From: Prevotella sp.
Lineage (GTDB): Bacteria; Bacteroidota; Bacteroidia; Bacteroidales; Bacteroidaceae
Reading direction: 5' to 3'
DNA length: 64,000 bases
Assembly: GCA_017471245.1 (NCBI GenBank)
Contig: JAFUVB010000064.1
Location: forward strand, 49,270-113,269
The notes below the pieces were generated by a model, which had not been told where the DNA came from, ran no database searches, and saw only the letters and a list, made by a program, of their open reading frames with translations. A program made the position numbers and the translations under genes. Shown piece after piece: positions 47,641 through 57,761 of the stretch (positions are counted from its first letter, which is position 1; each line of letters starts with the position of its first letter).

Positions 47641-49752
47641 TCAGGGCAGGGGATGCAGTCCTTCCCAGCGCACATCCCACGTCCCGTCGTCAGGAAAGCC
47701 TGGATTGTGGTCGCTGCACCCATCCCACCCGGCACACATCAGGGCGATGGCAGTGAGCAGACCGCCGTTTCCGGGGAGGTAGAGGCGCAGTCGGTCGTCC
47801 TGATAGTTGTGTCCGCTTACCAAATAAGTGTTGGTGCGGTTGTTCATCAGCAATGCTCCCACGGCTTTCTCCCTGTCTCCCAATCGGGCGGCACACATGG
47901 CAGTCATGGGATAATCCCATCCCCACGTCTTGTTCCAGTTCCAGTTTTCCCATACCCAATCGAGCGTATGCTGCATATATTCGTTCTCCACGAGGCGGCA
48001 TTTCGGCAGGATTCCTATTGCGCCTAATACTGCCATGTGGTCGCTGGTGAACCGAATGTCCTTGTATGTATCGGGTGCCGTCTCGGCAGCAAGGTATAGT
48101 TTGTCGCTGTTATAGGTAAGAGGGGAGAGAAGGTTGATTATCTTGTCCCACTGCTTGTTGCGCGGTTGCTGCATGCGTTCACGCCATTGCTGTGCCAAAG
48201 AAAGTGCAAAATGCCAGTAGGAAAGTTCGAAAGGGGCATTCACCGTCTCGTCTGCCTTCAGCGTTTCCTGTGCAGGAATGAATCCGCGGAGGGTGTAGCG
48301 CCGGTTCTTCTTGTCGTAAGTGGCGAAGTCGGCCATAAACTCTGCCGTCTGTTCAACCAAGGGATAGTATTCTTCAAGGAATGCTTGCGAAGGCTGTGTG
48401 CGGTATACCAGCTCGGCGAGATGGATGAGATGGGGCTGCTGCCAGATGAGGAAACTGCCCACATTCGATGGTGCTTCAATGGCTGAAGGGTCGGTCATCT
48501 TCATCCATCTAATGCCTTTGAACCCTTGGCGCATGGCAATTTCCTTGGCGACAGGCTCTGCCTTGTGATACCATTTCAGCGTTCTGGCGAGCAAATCAGC
48601 ATGGTTCCACAGCGGTTGCCATGCCTGATGCCAGTAGATCATCTCCAAATGGTATTTGCCGAACCATGAATTGTAGGTGAGACCAGTCTCCTGCGGCGGC
48701 AGGCTACCGGCACTCTGGATGGCGAGCAGGTATTGGCTGAGCACCACGCGGCGCTCCAATTCTCTTGCACGCGGGTCGGTGCAGTGGGAGAAATCTACCG
48801 CTGCACCGCTGTTCCAGAACCTTTTCCAATGAGCAGCTGCAGCTTCTGCCGTAGCCTGATAGTCGGGTTGTTTTGTGGTTTGAGGCTTTTCGTTGGTGAA
48901 ATGCGCGGTGAAGCAGAACAGGTTGTCTTTGGGAGTGAGCGTGAAATGGTGCTTTCCCTTGGCGGAGAACACGGCATCGCCCTGCCATCTCACAGTGATG
49001 AAATACGTGGTAGTGTCCAGTTCGCGCTTCAAAACCACGTGCCGGTCGTCGCTTTCCACGATGGTTGTCGCGTGAAGCTCCTCTTTCTGCCAGTCGCAGG
49101 CATCATCCGAATGTCCGCCGGTGGGATAGGCAAACCTGAAAGCGATGGGTGTATGTGCAGTGGCATAGATTTTCACGGCAATCATGTCGAGATCGGGATG
49201 GCAGGTGGTAGCCACGTCATAGCTGTTTTTGCCTAACGAGAAATGGCTGTTGATGGTTCCTTGCCACAGGTTGAGTGTCTGGTGGATGTTTGAGATGTCT
49301 GCCGGTTTCACATTATTACCGAAATCAAAGCCGATGATGCCCAAATGCAGTCGGTGAGGGTTCTCGCGATACCAGTCGTAGGCAGCCAATGAGCGCGGAT
49401 TATCGTTGATTTTCGTGGCATACAGTTCTCGATGGCCATGCCTGAAATCATAACTCTTCAGCGTTTCCTCAAACTTCAGGTTGTCGGGATTGGGGAAACT
49501 GTGCCAGCACCACTGGCTCTGAGTGCCCAATGGAACACCTTTGGAGTAGCAAGCAGGGAACGACTGCATGCCCGTTGCGTCGACGGTGTAGGCAAATTCG
49601 CCATTTCCCACCGTCAGTGATGACAGTGAATCAATGCCATGAACCTGCGGATTGTTGCGCGAAACAAGTGCCTGCCGGTCTATTTTCTCAGCACTGGCGA
49701 TGGCTACGGATGCCATCGTCAGTGCAATGAGTATGATGAATCTCTGCTTCAT
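47641..49752 (-). CDS. Secreted six-hairpin glycosidase-like protein (GH65/GH95-like, family uncertain; ORF track start 49770)
   Basis: LTVGNGEFAYTVD, QETGL..NSWFGKYHLEM, PAQE and WGWDYPM; signal peptide; flanked by GH28 and GH36. Confidence 0.6.
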   Translation of the reverse strand: MKQRFIILIALTMASVAIASAEKIDRQALVSRNNPQVHGIDSLSSLTVGNGEFAYTVDATGMQSFPACYSKGVPLGTQSQWCWHSFPNPDNLKFEETLKSYDFRHGHRELYATKINDNPRSLAAYDWYRENPHRLHLGIIGFDFGNNVKPADISNIHQTLNLWQGTINSHFSLGKNSYDVATTCHPDLDMIAVKIYATAHTPIAFRFAYPTGGHSDDACDWQKEELHATTIVESDDRHVVLKRELDTTTYFITVRWQGDAVFSAKGKHHFTLTPKDNLFCFTAHFTNEKPQTTKQPDYQATAEAAAAHWKRFWNSGAAVDFSHCTDPRARELERRVVLSQYLLAIQSAGSLPPQETGLTYNSWFGKYHLEMIYWHQAWQPLWNHADLLARTLKWYHKAEPVAKEIAMRQGFKGIRWMKMTDPSAIEAPSNVGSFLIWQQPHLIHLAELVYRTQPSQAFLEEYYPLVEQTAEFMADFATYDKKNRRYTLRGFIPAQETLKADETVNAPFELSYWHFALSLAQQWRERMQQPRNKQWDKIINLLSPLTYNSDKLYLAAETAPDTYKDIRFTSDHMAVLGAIGILPKCRLVENEYMQHTLDWVWENWNWNKTWGWDYPMTAMCAARLGDREKAVGALLMNNRTNTYLVSGHNYQDDRLRLYLPGNGGLLTAIALMCAGWDGCSDHNPGFPDDGTWDVRWEGLHPLP

Positions 49753-49797
49753 GGGTCTCCACTCCTTCACTTCTTTATTCTTTCACTTCTTGACGAG

Positions 49798-51279
49798 TCA
49801 CGGAATCACTTTAATATTCACGTTTTTCCTGTTGATATTCTTGCAGTTATAGAATGCAGCATCCTGCTTGGCGGTGATGCAGATGTTCTTCAAGTCGATG
49901 TTCTCTATGGGCATTTCAGGCAGACCATTGAAGAACATGGCTCTGCCGGCACCCTGACAGATGATGTTTTCTATGTGAATGTCGCGGAATTGTGGCGTGG
50001 TTTCGTCAACGGGCTTGGCATCCACGTTGTTCGCTTTCTTGCCGCTTTCCATCATTTCCACTACCGACTGCCCGCCATAATACAGGTTGAAGATGATGGC
50101 ATCTACCTTGATGTCGGTCATACTGATATCTCTGATGAATATGTTCTCAACAATTCCTCCGCGACCGCGGCGACTTTTAAACCTCAGACCTACGTCGGTG
50201 CCGAGGAACTGGCAGTTCTTCACAAGAATATTCTTCACTCCACCACTCATTTCACTGCCTACAACGAATCCTCCATGGCCTGCAAAGACGGTGCAACCGT
50301 CAACAATCACATTCTCGCAGGGTCTTCCGCGCTTACGCCCTTCTGCATCCTTGCCGCTCTTAATGCAGATTCCATCGTCTCCTGCATCGAAAACGGAGTT
50401 GATAATCAACGCATTGCGGCACGATTCAAGGTCGAGTCCGTCACCATTCTGTGCATAACTCGGATTGCGGGCTATGACATGGTCGATGATAATGTTCTCA
50501 CACATCAACGGATGGATGTTCCATGCAGGAGAGTTCTGGAAGATGATGCCTTGCAGCAGCACATTTTTGCAGTTTACCAAACTGATCATTACCGGACGGA
50601 GAAAACGGCGGACTGCCAACCAGTCGGCCTCTGTGCGCAAGCCCGTTGGCACGTTCATATTGGCAAGAGAGTCGGCTTTGAGATAGCCTTTGGAAGGATA
50701 CCACAGGTTGTCACGCTTGAAAACGCCGTTGGGATCTTTCGTCATTTCCTTCCATTGGCTCTCTGTCACTTTCTCTTTCTTTAGCGGGCGCCATGCCTGA
50801 CCGCTGCCATCGATCACTCCTTCGCCAGTTATTGCCACGTTCACAAGGTTGTGACCGTAGATGGGAGAGTGGCAACGGCGCGTTTCCAGTCCTTCAAACG
50901 AAGTGTTGATAAGGGGATATTGCTCTTCATCGGGTGAGAAAAGGATGATGGCTCCTTTCTCTAAATGCAGGTTCACATTGCTCTTCAGGTCAATGGGACC
51001 GGTGAACCACACGCCGGCAGGAACCGTCAGTTTGCCTCCGCCTTTCTGCTCTATATAGTCGAAAGCTTTGCGGAAAGCCTCTGTGCAGAGTGTCTGCCCG
51101 TCGCCAATGGCACCGAATTGCTTGATGTTTGCTTCGGTATCGGGAAACACCGGTGCACTGAAAGTCTCCATTTTGAATGGTACGTCGTTGAAATACTCTT
51201 GGTAAGGGTTCGTCTGAGCATACATTCCTATGGGTAATACCATGAGGATTGAAAGCAGGATTTGTTTAGTAGTTTTCAT
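49798..51279 (-). CDS. GH28 polygalacturonase-family glycoside hydrolase (ORF track start 51291)
   Basis: FGAIGDG, NGDGLD, GDDGICIKSG, GHGG and RFKS motifs. Confidence 0.94.
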   Translation of the reverse strand: MKTTKQILLSILMVLPIGMYAQTNPYQEYFNDVPFKMETFSAPVFPDTEANIKQFGAIGDGQTLCTEAFRKAFDYIEQKGGGKLTVPAGVWFTGPIDLKSNVNLHLEKGAIILFSPDEEQYPLINTSFEGLETRRCHSPIYGHNLVNVAITGEGVIDGSGQAWRPLKKEKVTESQWKEMTKDPNGVFKRDNLWYPSKGYLKADSLANMNVPTGLRTEADWLAVRRFLRPVMISLVNCKNVLLQGIIFQNSPAWNIHPLMCENIIIDHVIARNPSYAQNGDGLDLESCRNALIINSVFDAGDDGICIKSGKDAEGRKRGRPCENVIVDGCTVFAGHGGFVVGSEMSGGVKNILVKNCQFLGTDVGLRFKSRRGRGGIVENIFIRDISMTDIKVDAIIFNLYYGGQSVVEMMESGKKANNVDAKPVDETTPQFRDIHIENIICQGAGRAMFFNGLPEMPIENIDLKNICITAKQDAAFYNCKNINRKNVNIKVIP

Positions 51280-51443
51280 TTTTCGCAGCAATTAAGTTGT
51301 TAAGTATTATACTTGTACGCAAATTTACGAATAAAAAATGGAATAATCGAACAAATACGCGAACATTAACATTATTCAACTATCAGCACGTATGAAATAT
51401 AAGTTGCAGCATTAGAAACGGATTCGGCGCACGGTATAGGCAT

Positions 51444-51480
51444 GAAAAAACCCTGCCGCAACCGAAATCACAAGCAGGGT
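51444..51480 (-). terminator. Terminator downstream of tRNA-Phe
   Basis: Minus strand accctgct...gcagggt followed by a T-run. Confidence 0.6.
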
Positions 51481-51496
51481 CCAATGAAAGGAGGAG

Positions 51497-51569
<73 letters not shown>

Positions 51570-51738
51570 ATTGGTTTTCATTAGCGGGTGCAAAATTACA
51601 ACATTTTCTTGAACCACAAAAACATTTCTTAAAAAACTTTACTGTTTTAACGTTTTGTAACAATGCAAACGGCTCCTTATATACTACTGTCCGAACATAC
51701 CTAATCAAGGTGTGTTAGGAACGGAATCCATTGAAGGA

Positions 51739-52863
51739 TTATTTCAACGGATTCCATCCCTGTGCAGTAATTTCAAACTCCTGACTGTCGCGCGATATGA
51801 GCATGCAACCGAGTTCCGGGCGTGTGATATGGCCTATCAGCTTCACGTCTTCCAATGCTTCTATCTTCTCATGGTCACCGATGGGGACGGTGAAAAGCAG
51901 TTCATAGTCTTCTCCGCCATTCAATGCGCAGGTGGTAACATTCATATTGAACTCTTCAGCCATTACCGCAGTCTGGTAATCGATGGGGATATTCTTCTCA
52001 TAGATCCTGCATCCTGTCCCGCTTTGACGGCAAATGTGGAGCAGTTCGCTGGATAGTCCGTCGCTGATATCCATCATCGATGTCGGTCGGATGTTGGCTT
52101 CCCGCAGTCGGTTGATGATGTCACCACGTGCCTCTGGTTTCAACTGGCGCTGCAAAAGATACTCTTTTCCCGCGAAATCCGGCTGAAAATCGCGCAGCAG
52201 TTCGCTTTGTTTCTTAAACCAATCTGCCTTCTGGCTGTATGTACCGTCGGCTTTTGCCGCCTTGATTTTTTGGTTGAGCTCTTCAATTTGCTGATAATAA
52301 ACGGCTTTTTCGCGCTCCAACAGCTGCAGTCCCATATAAGATGCGCCCAGATCGCCGCTCACGCAGATGAGATCGGTGTCGTTTGCACCGTTGCGGTATA
52401 CGATTTCTTCCTTCGATGCTTCCCCGATGCAGGTGATGCTGATGGCAAGACCAGTGAGCGAAGATGTGGTGTCGCCCCCAACGATGTCGATATTCCATTT
52501 GTCGCAAGCCATTCGAAGGCCGTCATAGAATCGCTCCATGTCTTCCACCGTAAAGCGTTTGCTCAGCGCAATGCTCACTGTCATCTGTCTTGGGGTGCCG
52601 TTCATAGCGAAAATATCACTGATGTTCACCATCGCCGATTTGTATCCGAGGTGCTGCAAGTCGATGTATGTCAAATCAAAATGCACGCCTTCCATCAGCA
52701 TGTCGGTGGTAATCAGCACCTCTTTATCCGGGTAGTGCAGCACGGCACAGTCGTCGCCAACACCTTTTACTGTCGATGCGTTGGCGGGCTTGATATTTTT
52801 CGTGAGGTGGTCTATCAGTCCGAATTCTCCTAAATGTGCTATTTCCATTCTTGTTTTATTCAT
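51739..52863 (-). CDS. thiL: Thiamine-monophosphate kinase (start uncertain: 52887, 52863 or 52848)
   Basis: GEFGLI, GVGDDCAV, TTDMLMEGVHF, NISDIFAMNG, GGDT, MDISDGL and GGEDYELLFT motifs. Confidence 0.95.
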   Translation of the reverse strand: MNKTRMEIAHLGEFGLIDHLTKNIKPANASTVKGVGDDCAVLHYPDKEVLITTDMLMEGVHFDLTYIDLQHLGYKSAMVNISDIFAMNGTPRQMTVSIALSKRFTVEDMERFYDGLRMACDKWNIDIVGGDTTSSLTGLAISITCIGEASKEEIVYRNGANDTDLICVSGDLGASYMGLQLLEREKAVYYQQIEELNQKIKAAKADGTYSQKADWFKKQSELLRDFQPDFAGKEYLLQRQLKPEARGDIINRLREANIRPTSMMDISDGLSSELLHICRQSGTGCRIYEKNIPIDYQTAVMAEEFNMNVTTCALNGGEDYELLFTVPIGDHEKIEALEDVKLIGHITRPELGCMLISRDSQEFEITAQGWNPLK

Positions 52864-52954
52864 AGGAATGGATGCATCAGCAGCCATTCCTTTTCTTAAA
52901 TGTTCTCAGGTGAAGTGATTTAATGGTCATTCATGGCAGGGCAGCTGCTATAAA

Positions 52955-53776
52955 TCATTCGGCCGTCAGCCTGATCATCTCGCGCATGATCTGTGTCATC
53001 AGCGGCTGAGCCTTGTTTGCGGCTTCCTGCACCTCCTCATGGCTCACGGCAACAGGCACATCGAAACCACCCAGGTCTGTGATAACGCTCACTCCGAATG
53101 TCTTGATGCCGCAATGATGTGCCACGATAACCTCTGGCACAGTGCTCATTCCCACGGCATCGCCACCGATTGTGCGATACAGTCTGTATTCTGCTGGAGT
53201 CTCGAAAGTTGGTCCCTGCACACCCACATATACGCCATGCATCACGCGAATGCCCTTTTCTTCGGCAATCTTGTCGGCTAATTCAATGAGCTTATGGTCG
53301 TAGGCTTCGTGCATATCGGGGAATCGCGGACCCGTGGGGAAGTTCTTTCCGCGTAAAGGATGCTCGGGGAAGAAGTTAATATGGTCTGTGATAATCATCA
53401 GGTCGCCGATCTTGAAGTCGGGATTCATACCTCCCGATGCGTTAGAAACGAACAACGTCTTGATGCCAAGCTCATACATTACTCTTATTGGGAATGTTAC
53501 TTCTTTCATGGAATAGCCTTCATAGAAATGAAAACGTCCCTGCATGGCCATGATGGGATTGCCTCCCAACTTTCCGAAAATAAGCTTTCCGCTATGACCT
53601 TCAACGGTGGAAACCGGGAAATTGGGGATTTCGCTATACGGAAACTCGTAGCTGTCAGTTATTTCTGAAGCTAATTGTCCGAGTCCTGTGCCCAGAATGA
53701 TGGCTGTTGTTGGGCTTGTTGTCATCCTTTGCTTTAGCCAGGATGCTGTTTCGAGAATTCTTTCGTACATATCCAA
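52955..53776 (-). CDS. punA: Purine-nucleoside phosphorylase (trimeric type)
   Basis: ILGTGLG, STVEGH, QGRFHFYEG, GPTFETPAE and VGMSTVPE motifs. Confidence 0.95.
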   Translation of the reverse strand: MDMYERILETASWLKQRMTTSPTTAIILGTGLGQLASEITDSYEFPYSEIPNFPVSTVEGHSGKLIFGKLGGNPIMAMQGRFHFYEGYSMKEVTFPIRVMYELGIKTLFVSNASGGMNPDFKIGDLMIITDHINFFPEHPLRGKNFPTGPRFPDMHEAYDHKLIELADKIAEEKGIRVMHGVYVGVQGPTFETPAEYRLYRTIGGDAVGMSTVPEVIVAHHCGIKTFGVSVITDLGGFDVPVAVSHEEVQEAANKAQPLMTQIMREMIRLTAE

Positions 53777-54827
53777 TGATTTTTTCGTTAAATTCTTCTT
53801 GTTGTCCGAGCATGAACTCTATCTCGACAGGTAGTATATAGAGATGTTTCCTCACCTCATCTGACAGTCCTTCCTGACCGAAAAGTCGCGCATTGTCCTT
53901 TTCTGTAGTAATAATGATTTTCGGTTCAGGCATTTTTGCGAACACTTCATTGATGTGGCGGATGTCTTTTTTCTTGAAAAGGTGGTGATCCGGATAGGTG
54001 AGGGGAGTGATATGCTCAGAATACGGTTTCAGGTCGAGTATCATCTGCTTGGGTGAAGCTATGCCGGTGAGCAGCAGTATGTTCTCTTCGGGCTTGATAT
54101 CCTCCAGTTTTCGGTCTTCACCATGGTACATGGGTTTCAGGCAAGCGTATTTCAGTGTCGTGAAATACAGCTTCTGATAGGGGTATAGGTCAAGAGCCCT
54201 CATGAGCACACGGTATTCCATGGGTTTGAGATTCCTCGGACACTTGGTCACGATCACGATGTCGGCACGGTTCTTTCCCTGTTTGGGTTCGCGAAGCCTT
54301 CCTGCCGGCAGCAGCTTGTCGTAGATAATCAGTCGGTGATAGTCAACCAGAAGGATGTTGATACCTGGTTTCACGTAGCGGTGCTGGTATGCATCATCCA
54401 GCAAAATCACATCTGTGTCCTTTGTTTCCTCATCGGTTGTGAGTCGTTCAATACCATTGCAGCGGTTTTTGTCTACGGCGATGTAGATATCCGGATACTT
54501 GGTCTTCATCTGGAACGGCTCATCGCCAATCTCTTGCATGGTTGTGCTCTTGTCGGCAATCACGTATCCCTTGCTCTTGCGCTTGTATCCGCGGCTGAGG
54601 ACGGCAACTTTCATCTGTTTGCGAAGCAGGTTTATCAGATACTCTACGTGCGGAGTCTTTCCGGAACCGCCCACGGTGATGTTGCCGACCGAGATTACCG
54701 GTTCCTTGAATGAGCGGCTTTTCAGTATTCCCATTTGGAAACACTGGTTGCGCACCCATACTCCTATGCCATAGAGCCAACTGATTGGCAACAGCCATTC
54801 GCGTATCTTGATGAAGTCACCTTCCAT
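53655..54827 (-). CDS. lpxK: Tetraacyldisaccharide 4'-kinase
   Basis: VGNITVGGSGKTP, SRGY, IGDEP, LDDAYQH, LPAGRLRE and TTEKD motifs; 3' end overlaps punA. Confidence 0.95.
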   Translation of the reverse strand: MEGDFIKIREWLLPISWLYGIGVWVRNQCFQMGILKSRSFKEPVISVGNITVGGSGKTPHVEYLINLLRKQMKVAVLSRGYKRKSKGYVIADKSTTMQEIGDEPFQMKTKYPDIYIAVDKNRCNGIERLTTDEETKDTDVILLDDAYQHRYVKPGINILLVDYHRLIIYDKLLPAGRLREPKQGKNRADIVIVTKCPRNLKPMEYRVLMRALDLYPYQKLYFTTLKYACLKPMYHGEDRKLEDIKPEENILLLTGIASPKQMILDLKPYSEHITPLTYPDHHLFKKKDIRHINEVFAKMPEPKIIITTEKDNARLFGQEGLSDEVRKHLYILPVEIEFMLGQQEEFNEKIIGYVRKNSRNSILAKAKDDNKPNNSHHSGHRTRTISFRNN

Positions 54828-54869
54828 GTTGCTTTGGGTTATGAGTTTTATTTGAGCTTGATGTAGATG

Positions 54870-56651
54870 TTATTTGAGATTGATATAGAAGGGGATGCGT
54901 GCCTGGATGGCATTTTGTTCGTTGATGTTCCTCAGCAGCATGAACGGTTCGTAATAGGTTCCGAGAACAGTTCTCAGCTGTGCGTCCAATAAATTGCCGC
55001 CAGAACCGCTGGTCTTTTCCATCAGTTGATCGATGAAATCAGCCTTTCCGGGGTATGCCCTTGTGTGATATTTTTCAAGCTTAGCCAGTTCTGCTGCTTT
55101 CTTCACGGCGTCGTCGAGCCCTCCGAGCTGGTCAACGAGCTTGATTTTCAGTGCATCCTGTCCGAGCCATACATGTCCTTGTGCCACTTGTTCCACAGCA
55201 TCGACCGACAGTTTGCGGCCGTCGGCAACGCGTTTGCGGAACAATTGATAACCACGCTGTATGTACATGTTCAGATAGCTCATCTCTTCATCGTTGAAGG
55301 GGCGCGTTCTTGTTCCGAAGCTGGCATTCTTATTGGTCTTCACCTCGTCGAAAGTGATGCCTAATTTCTTAGTAAGCAGTTCGCTGACATCAGGGAACAT
55401 ACCGAAGATACCGATGCTTCCGGTCAGCGTGGTGGGCTCTGCAACAATCCAGTTGCCCTCGCAGCTGATGTAATAGCCACCCGATGCTGCCATGCCACCC
55501 ATGCTCACCACAACCGGTTTCTTAGCTTTGAGCTTCTTCACGGCATTCCATATCTGCTCAGAGGCGTATGCTGAGCCGCCGCCACTGTTCACTCGCAGCA
55601 CCACAGCCTTGATATCATCGTCGGCTGCCAGCTTTTCCAAGTCGCGGCAAACCTGGTTCCCGACAATCTGATGTGAACCATAGCCGGTGATGTTTGATGA
55701 AACCTCGTCAACGATATCACCATAAGCATAGTAAACAGCTATGGGATCGCCGCCCGCGCTCTTCTCTTTCACGTTCTGCATCTGCGCCACGCTCACTTGG
55801 TTGATGTCTTTATCTTCATCAATCTTGAGCAGTTTCTTCACCTCAGCTTTCACTTCATCCGTGTAGAGCAGCTTGTCTACGAGTTTATATTTAATGTAAT
55901 TCTGCGGATCTTCGAATGTAATCAGTCGGTCGGCGTATGCATTCAGCGTGTCGGCACTGATCTTGCGGCTCGCAGAAACATTCTTCACCAAGTTGTTCCA
56001 GATACCGGTCACGTAGGCGGTGATCTGTTCGCGGTTCGGATCGCTCATGTGATCGGAGGTGAACATCTCAGGTGCACTCTTGTAGGAACCCACCTTCGCA
56101 AGCTGCATCTTCACTCCGAACTTCGCCATAACGTCCTTCAGGTAGTAGTGTTCCGACGCCATTCCGTGCCAGTCGATCATTCCCTGCGGGTTAAGCCATA
56201 TCTTATCTGCCACGCTTGCAAGATAATACACCCACTGAGTGTACTGCTCGCCGTAGGCAGCAATCCATTTTCCGCTCTTCTTGAAGTCGGATAAAGCATT
56301 CCTGATGGCAAGCGACGAGGCTGGGGAATCTGAGCTGAAGGGTCCCGCTTCGATATATATACCTTTGATTTTATCATTATCTTTCGCCTTGTTGATGGCT
56401 GAAATCACATCGTCGAGGCCTAAACTGTTCGTGCCTCCGCCCATCAGCATGTCGAGCGGACTGGTTTCCGACCGTTCTTCAAGCGTTCCTTTCAAGTCTA
56501 AAACCAATACGCTGTTGTCTTTCACGTCGGTTGTGGCATTTGATGAAGCCACCATTCCCACGAGACTCATTGCTCCGAGAATGCCCATAACCATAAAGAA
56601 CACGATGATGCCCACTACCGTAGCGAGCACGTTTTTCAAGAAATCTTTCAT
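54870..56651 (-). CDS. sppA: Signal peptide peptidase SppA (67K type)
   Basis: KVGSYKSAPE, LRVNSGGGS, SMGGMAASGGY and TGSIG motifs. Confidence 0.96.
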   Translation of the reverse strand: MKDFLKNVLATVVGIIVFFMVMGILGAMSLVGMVASSNATTDVKDNSVLVLDLKGTLEERSETSPLDMLMGGGTNSLGLDDVISAINKAKDNDKIKGIYIEAGPFSSDSPASSLAIRNALSDFKKSGKWIAAYGEQYTQWVYYLASVADKIWLNPQGMIDWHGMASEHYYLKDVMAKFGVKMQLAKVGSYKSAPEMFTSDHMSDPNREQITAYVTGIWNNLVKNVSASRKISADTLNAYADRLITFEDPQNYIKYKLVDKLLYTDEVKAEVKKLLKIDEDKDINQVSVAQMQNVKEKSAGGDPIAVYYAYGDIVDEVSSNITGYGSHQIVGNQVCRDLEKLAADDDIKAVVLRVNSGGGSAYASEQIWNAVKKLKAKKPVVVSMGGMAASGGYYISCEGNWIVAEPTTLTGSIGIFGMFPDVSELLTKKLGITFDEVKTNKNASFGTRTRPFNDEEMSYLNMYIQRGYQLFRKRVADGRKLSVDAVEQVAQGHVWLGQDALKIKLVDQLGGLDDAVKKAAELAKLEKYHTRAYPGKADFIDQLMEKTSGSGGNLLDAQLRTVLGTYYEPFMLLRNINEQNAIQARIPFYINLK

Positions 56652-56804
56652 ATCTTTTGCTTATTTGATTATTCCGAATGATGCATCTACTGAACTGCAA
56701 AGTTATTAAAAAAACTTGAATTGCATGCATTAAATAAGCATATTTTACAAAAAAACGATATAAATGAGACATTAAGTGCCGATTTTTTTGTATTTTTGCA
56801 CATC

Positions 56805-57533
56805 ATGAAACGTGCAATAGTGATAGGTGCTTCTTCAGGCATGGGGCGTGAAGTGAGCAGGTTGTTGTTGGCCGAAGGGTGGCATCTCGGCGTTGCCGCC
56901 CGCAGAATTGACAGGCTCGAAGAACTTGAAAGAGAGTTCCAAGGGCAGGTATGTGTGGAGCAGATCGACGTTACGTCAGACGAAGCGCCTCATCAATTGC
57001 TTCAATTGATTAGTCGTCTCGGCGGAATGGATTTTTATTTCCATGCTTCGGGCATAGGAAAGCAGAACATGAACCTCGCTGAAGATATTGAAAGTCAGAC
57101 GGTTCTGACCAATGCTTTGGGCTTTACTCGAATGGTGGATGCTGCCTTTCAATATATGGCAGCGCATCAGGGCGGGCATATTGCCGTCATTTCTTCCATC
57201 GCAGGAACGAAAGGATTGGGTGCAGCACCGTCGTATAGTGCAACGAAATCATACCAGAACACCTATATCCAGGCTTTGGAACAGCTGTCGAACATGCGGA
57301 AACTGAACATTGCATTTACCGACATACGTCCCGGTTTCGTAGATACAGCGCTGTTGGGCGACGGGAAAAACTATCCGTTGCTGATGAAACCGGAGCGCGT
57401 GGCATGTGAAATCGTGAAGGCGATAAGGTGCAAACGTCATGTGCATGTCATCGACTGGCGCTACCGAATCATCACTTTCTTCTGGCGCCTGATACCCAAT
57501 GCCGTTTGGCGCAAGCTGAACATCAGCAACTGA
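56805..57533 (+). CDS. Short-chain dehydrogenase/reductase (ORF track start 56721)
   Basis: IGASSGMG, ISSIAG, YSATK and DIRPGFVDT motifs. Confidence 0.92.
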   Translation: MKRAIVIGASSGMGREVSRLLLAEGWHLGVAARRIDRLEELEREFQGQVCVEQIDVTSDEAPHQLLQLISRLGGMDFYFHASGIGKQNMNLAEDIESQTVLTNALGFTRMVDAAFQYMAAHQGGHIAVISSIAGTKGLGAAPSYSATKSYQNTYIQALEQLSNMRKLNIAFTDIRPGFVDTALLGDGKNYPLLMKPERVACEIVKAIRCKRHVHVIDWRYRIITFFWRLIPNAVWRKLNISN

Positions 57534-57537
57534 ACTT

Positions 57538-57742
57538 AAGAAGCAGGAGATTTGTTTATTAGAAGCAAGAAGCAAGAGGCAAGAAGCAAGAGAATAGAAC
57601 TATGCTAACGGCATAATTATTGAGTATCGTATCTCAATTCATACCTCTTGCTTCTTGCCTCTTGCTTCTTGCTTCTAATAAACAAATCTCTTGCTTCTTG
57701 CCTCTTGCTTCTTGCTTCTAAATTTCTTGCTTCTTGCTTCTT
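57538..57742. repeat. Heptamer (GCAAGAA/GCAAGAG) inverted-repeat element
   Basis: 55-bp arms 57538-57592 and 57645-57699 (1 mismatch), followed by more CTTCTTG heptamers. Confidence 0.88.
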
Positions 57743-57761
57743 AATCTTTAGCTTCTTGTTT

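Noticed and set aside
51739-52863. Charged helical insertion in ThiL, and insertions in TrpF, the epimerase and NuoCD, as inteins
   Set aside because: They are only tens of residues long with no Cys/Ser start or His-Asn end motifs; most likely lineage-specific loops.
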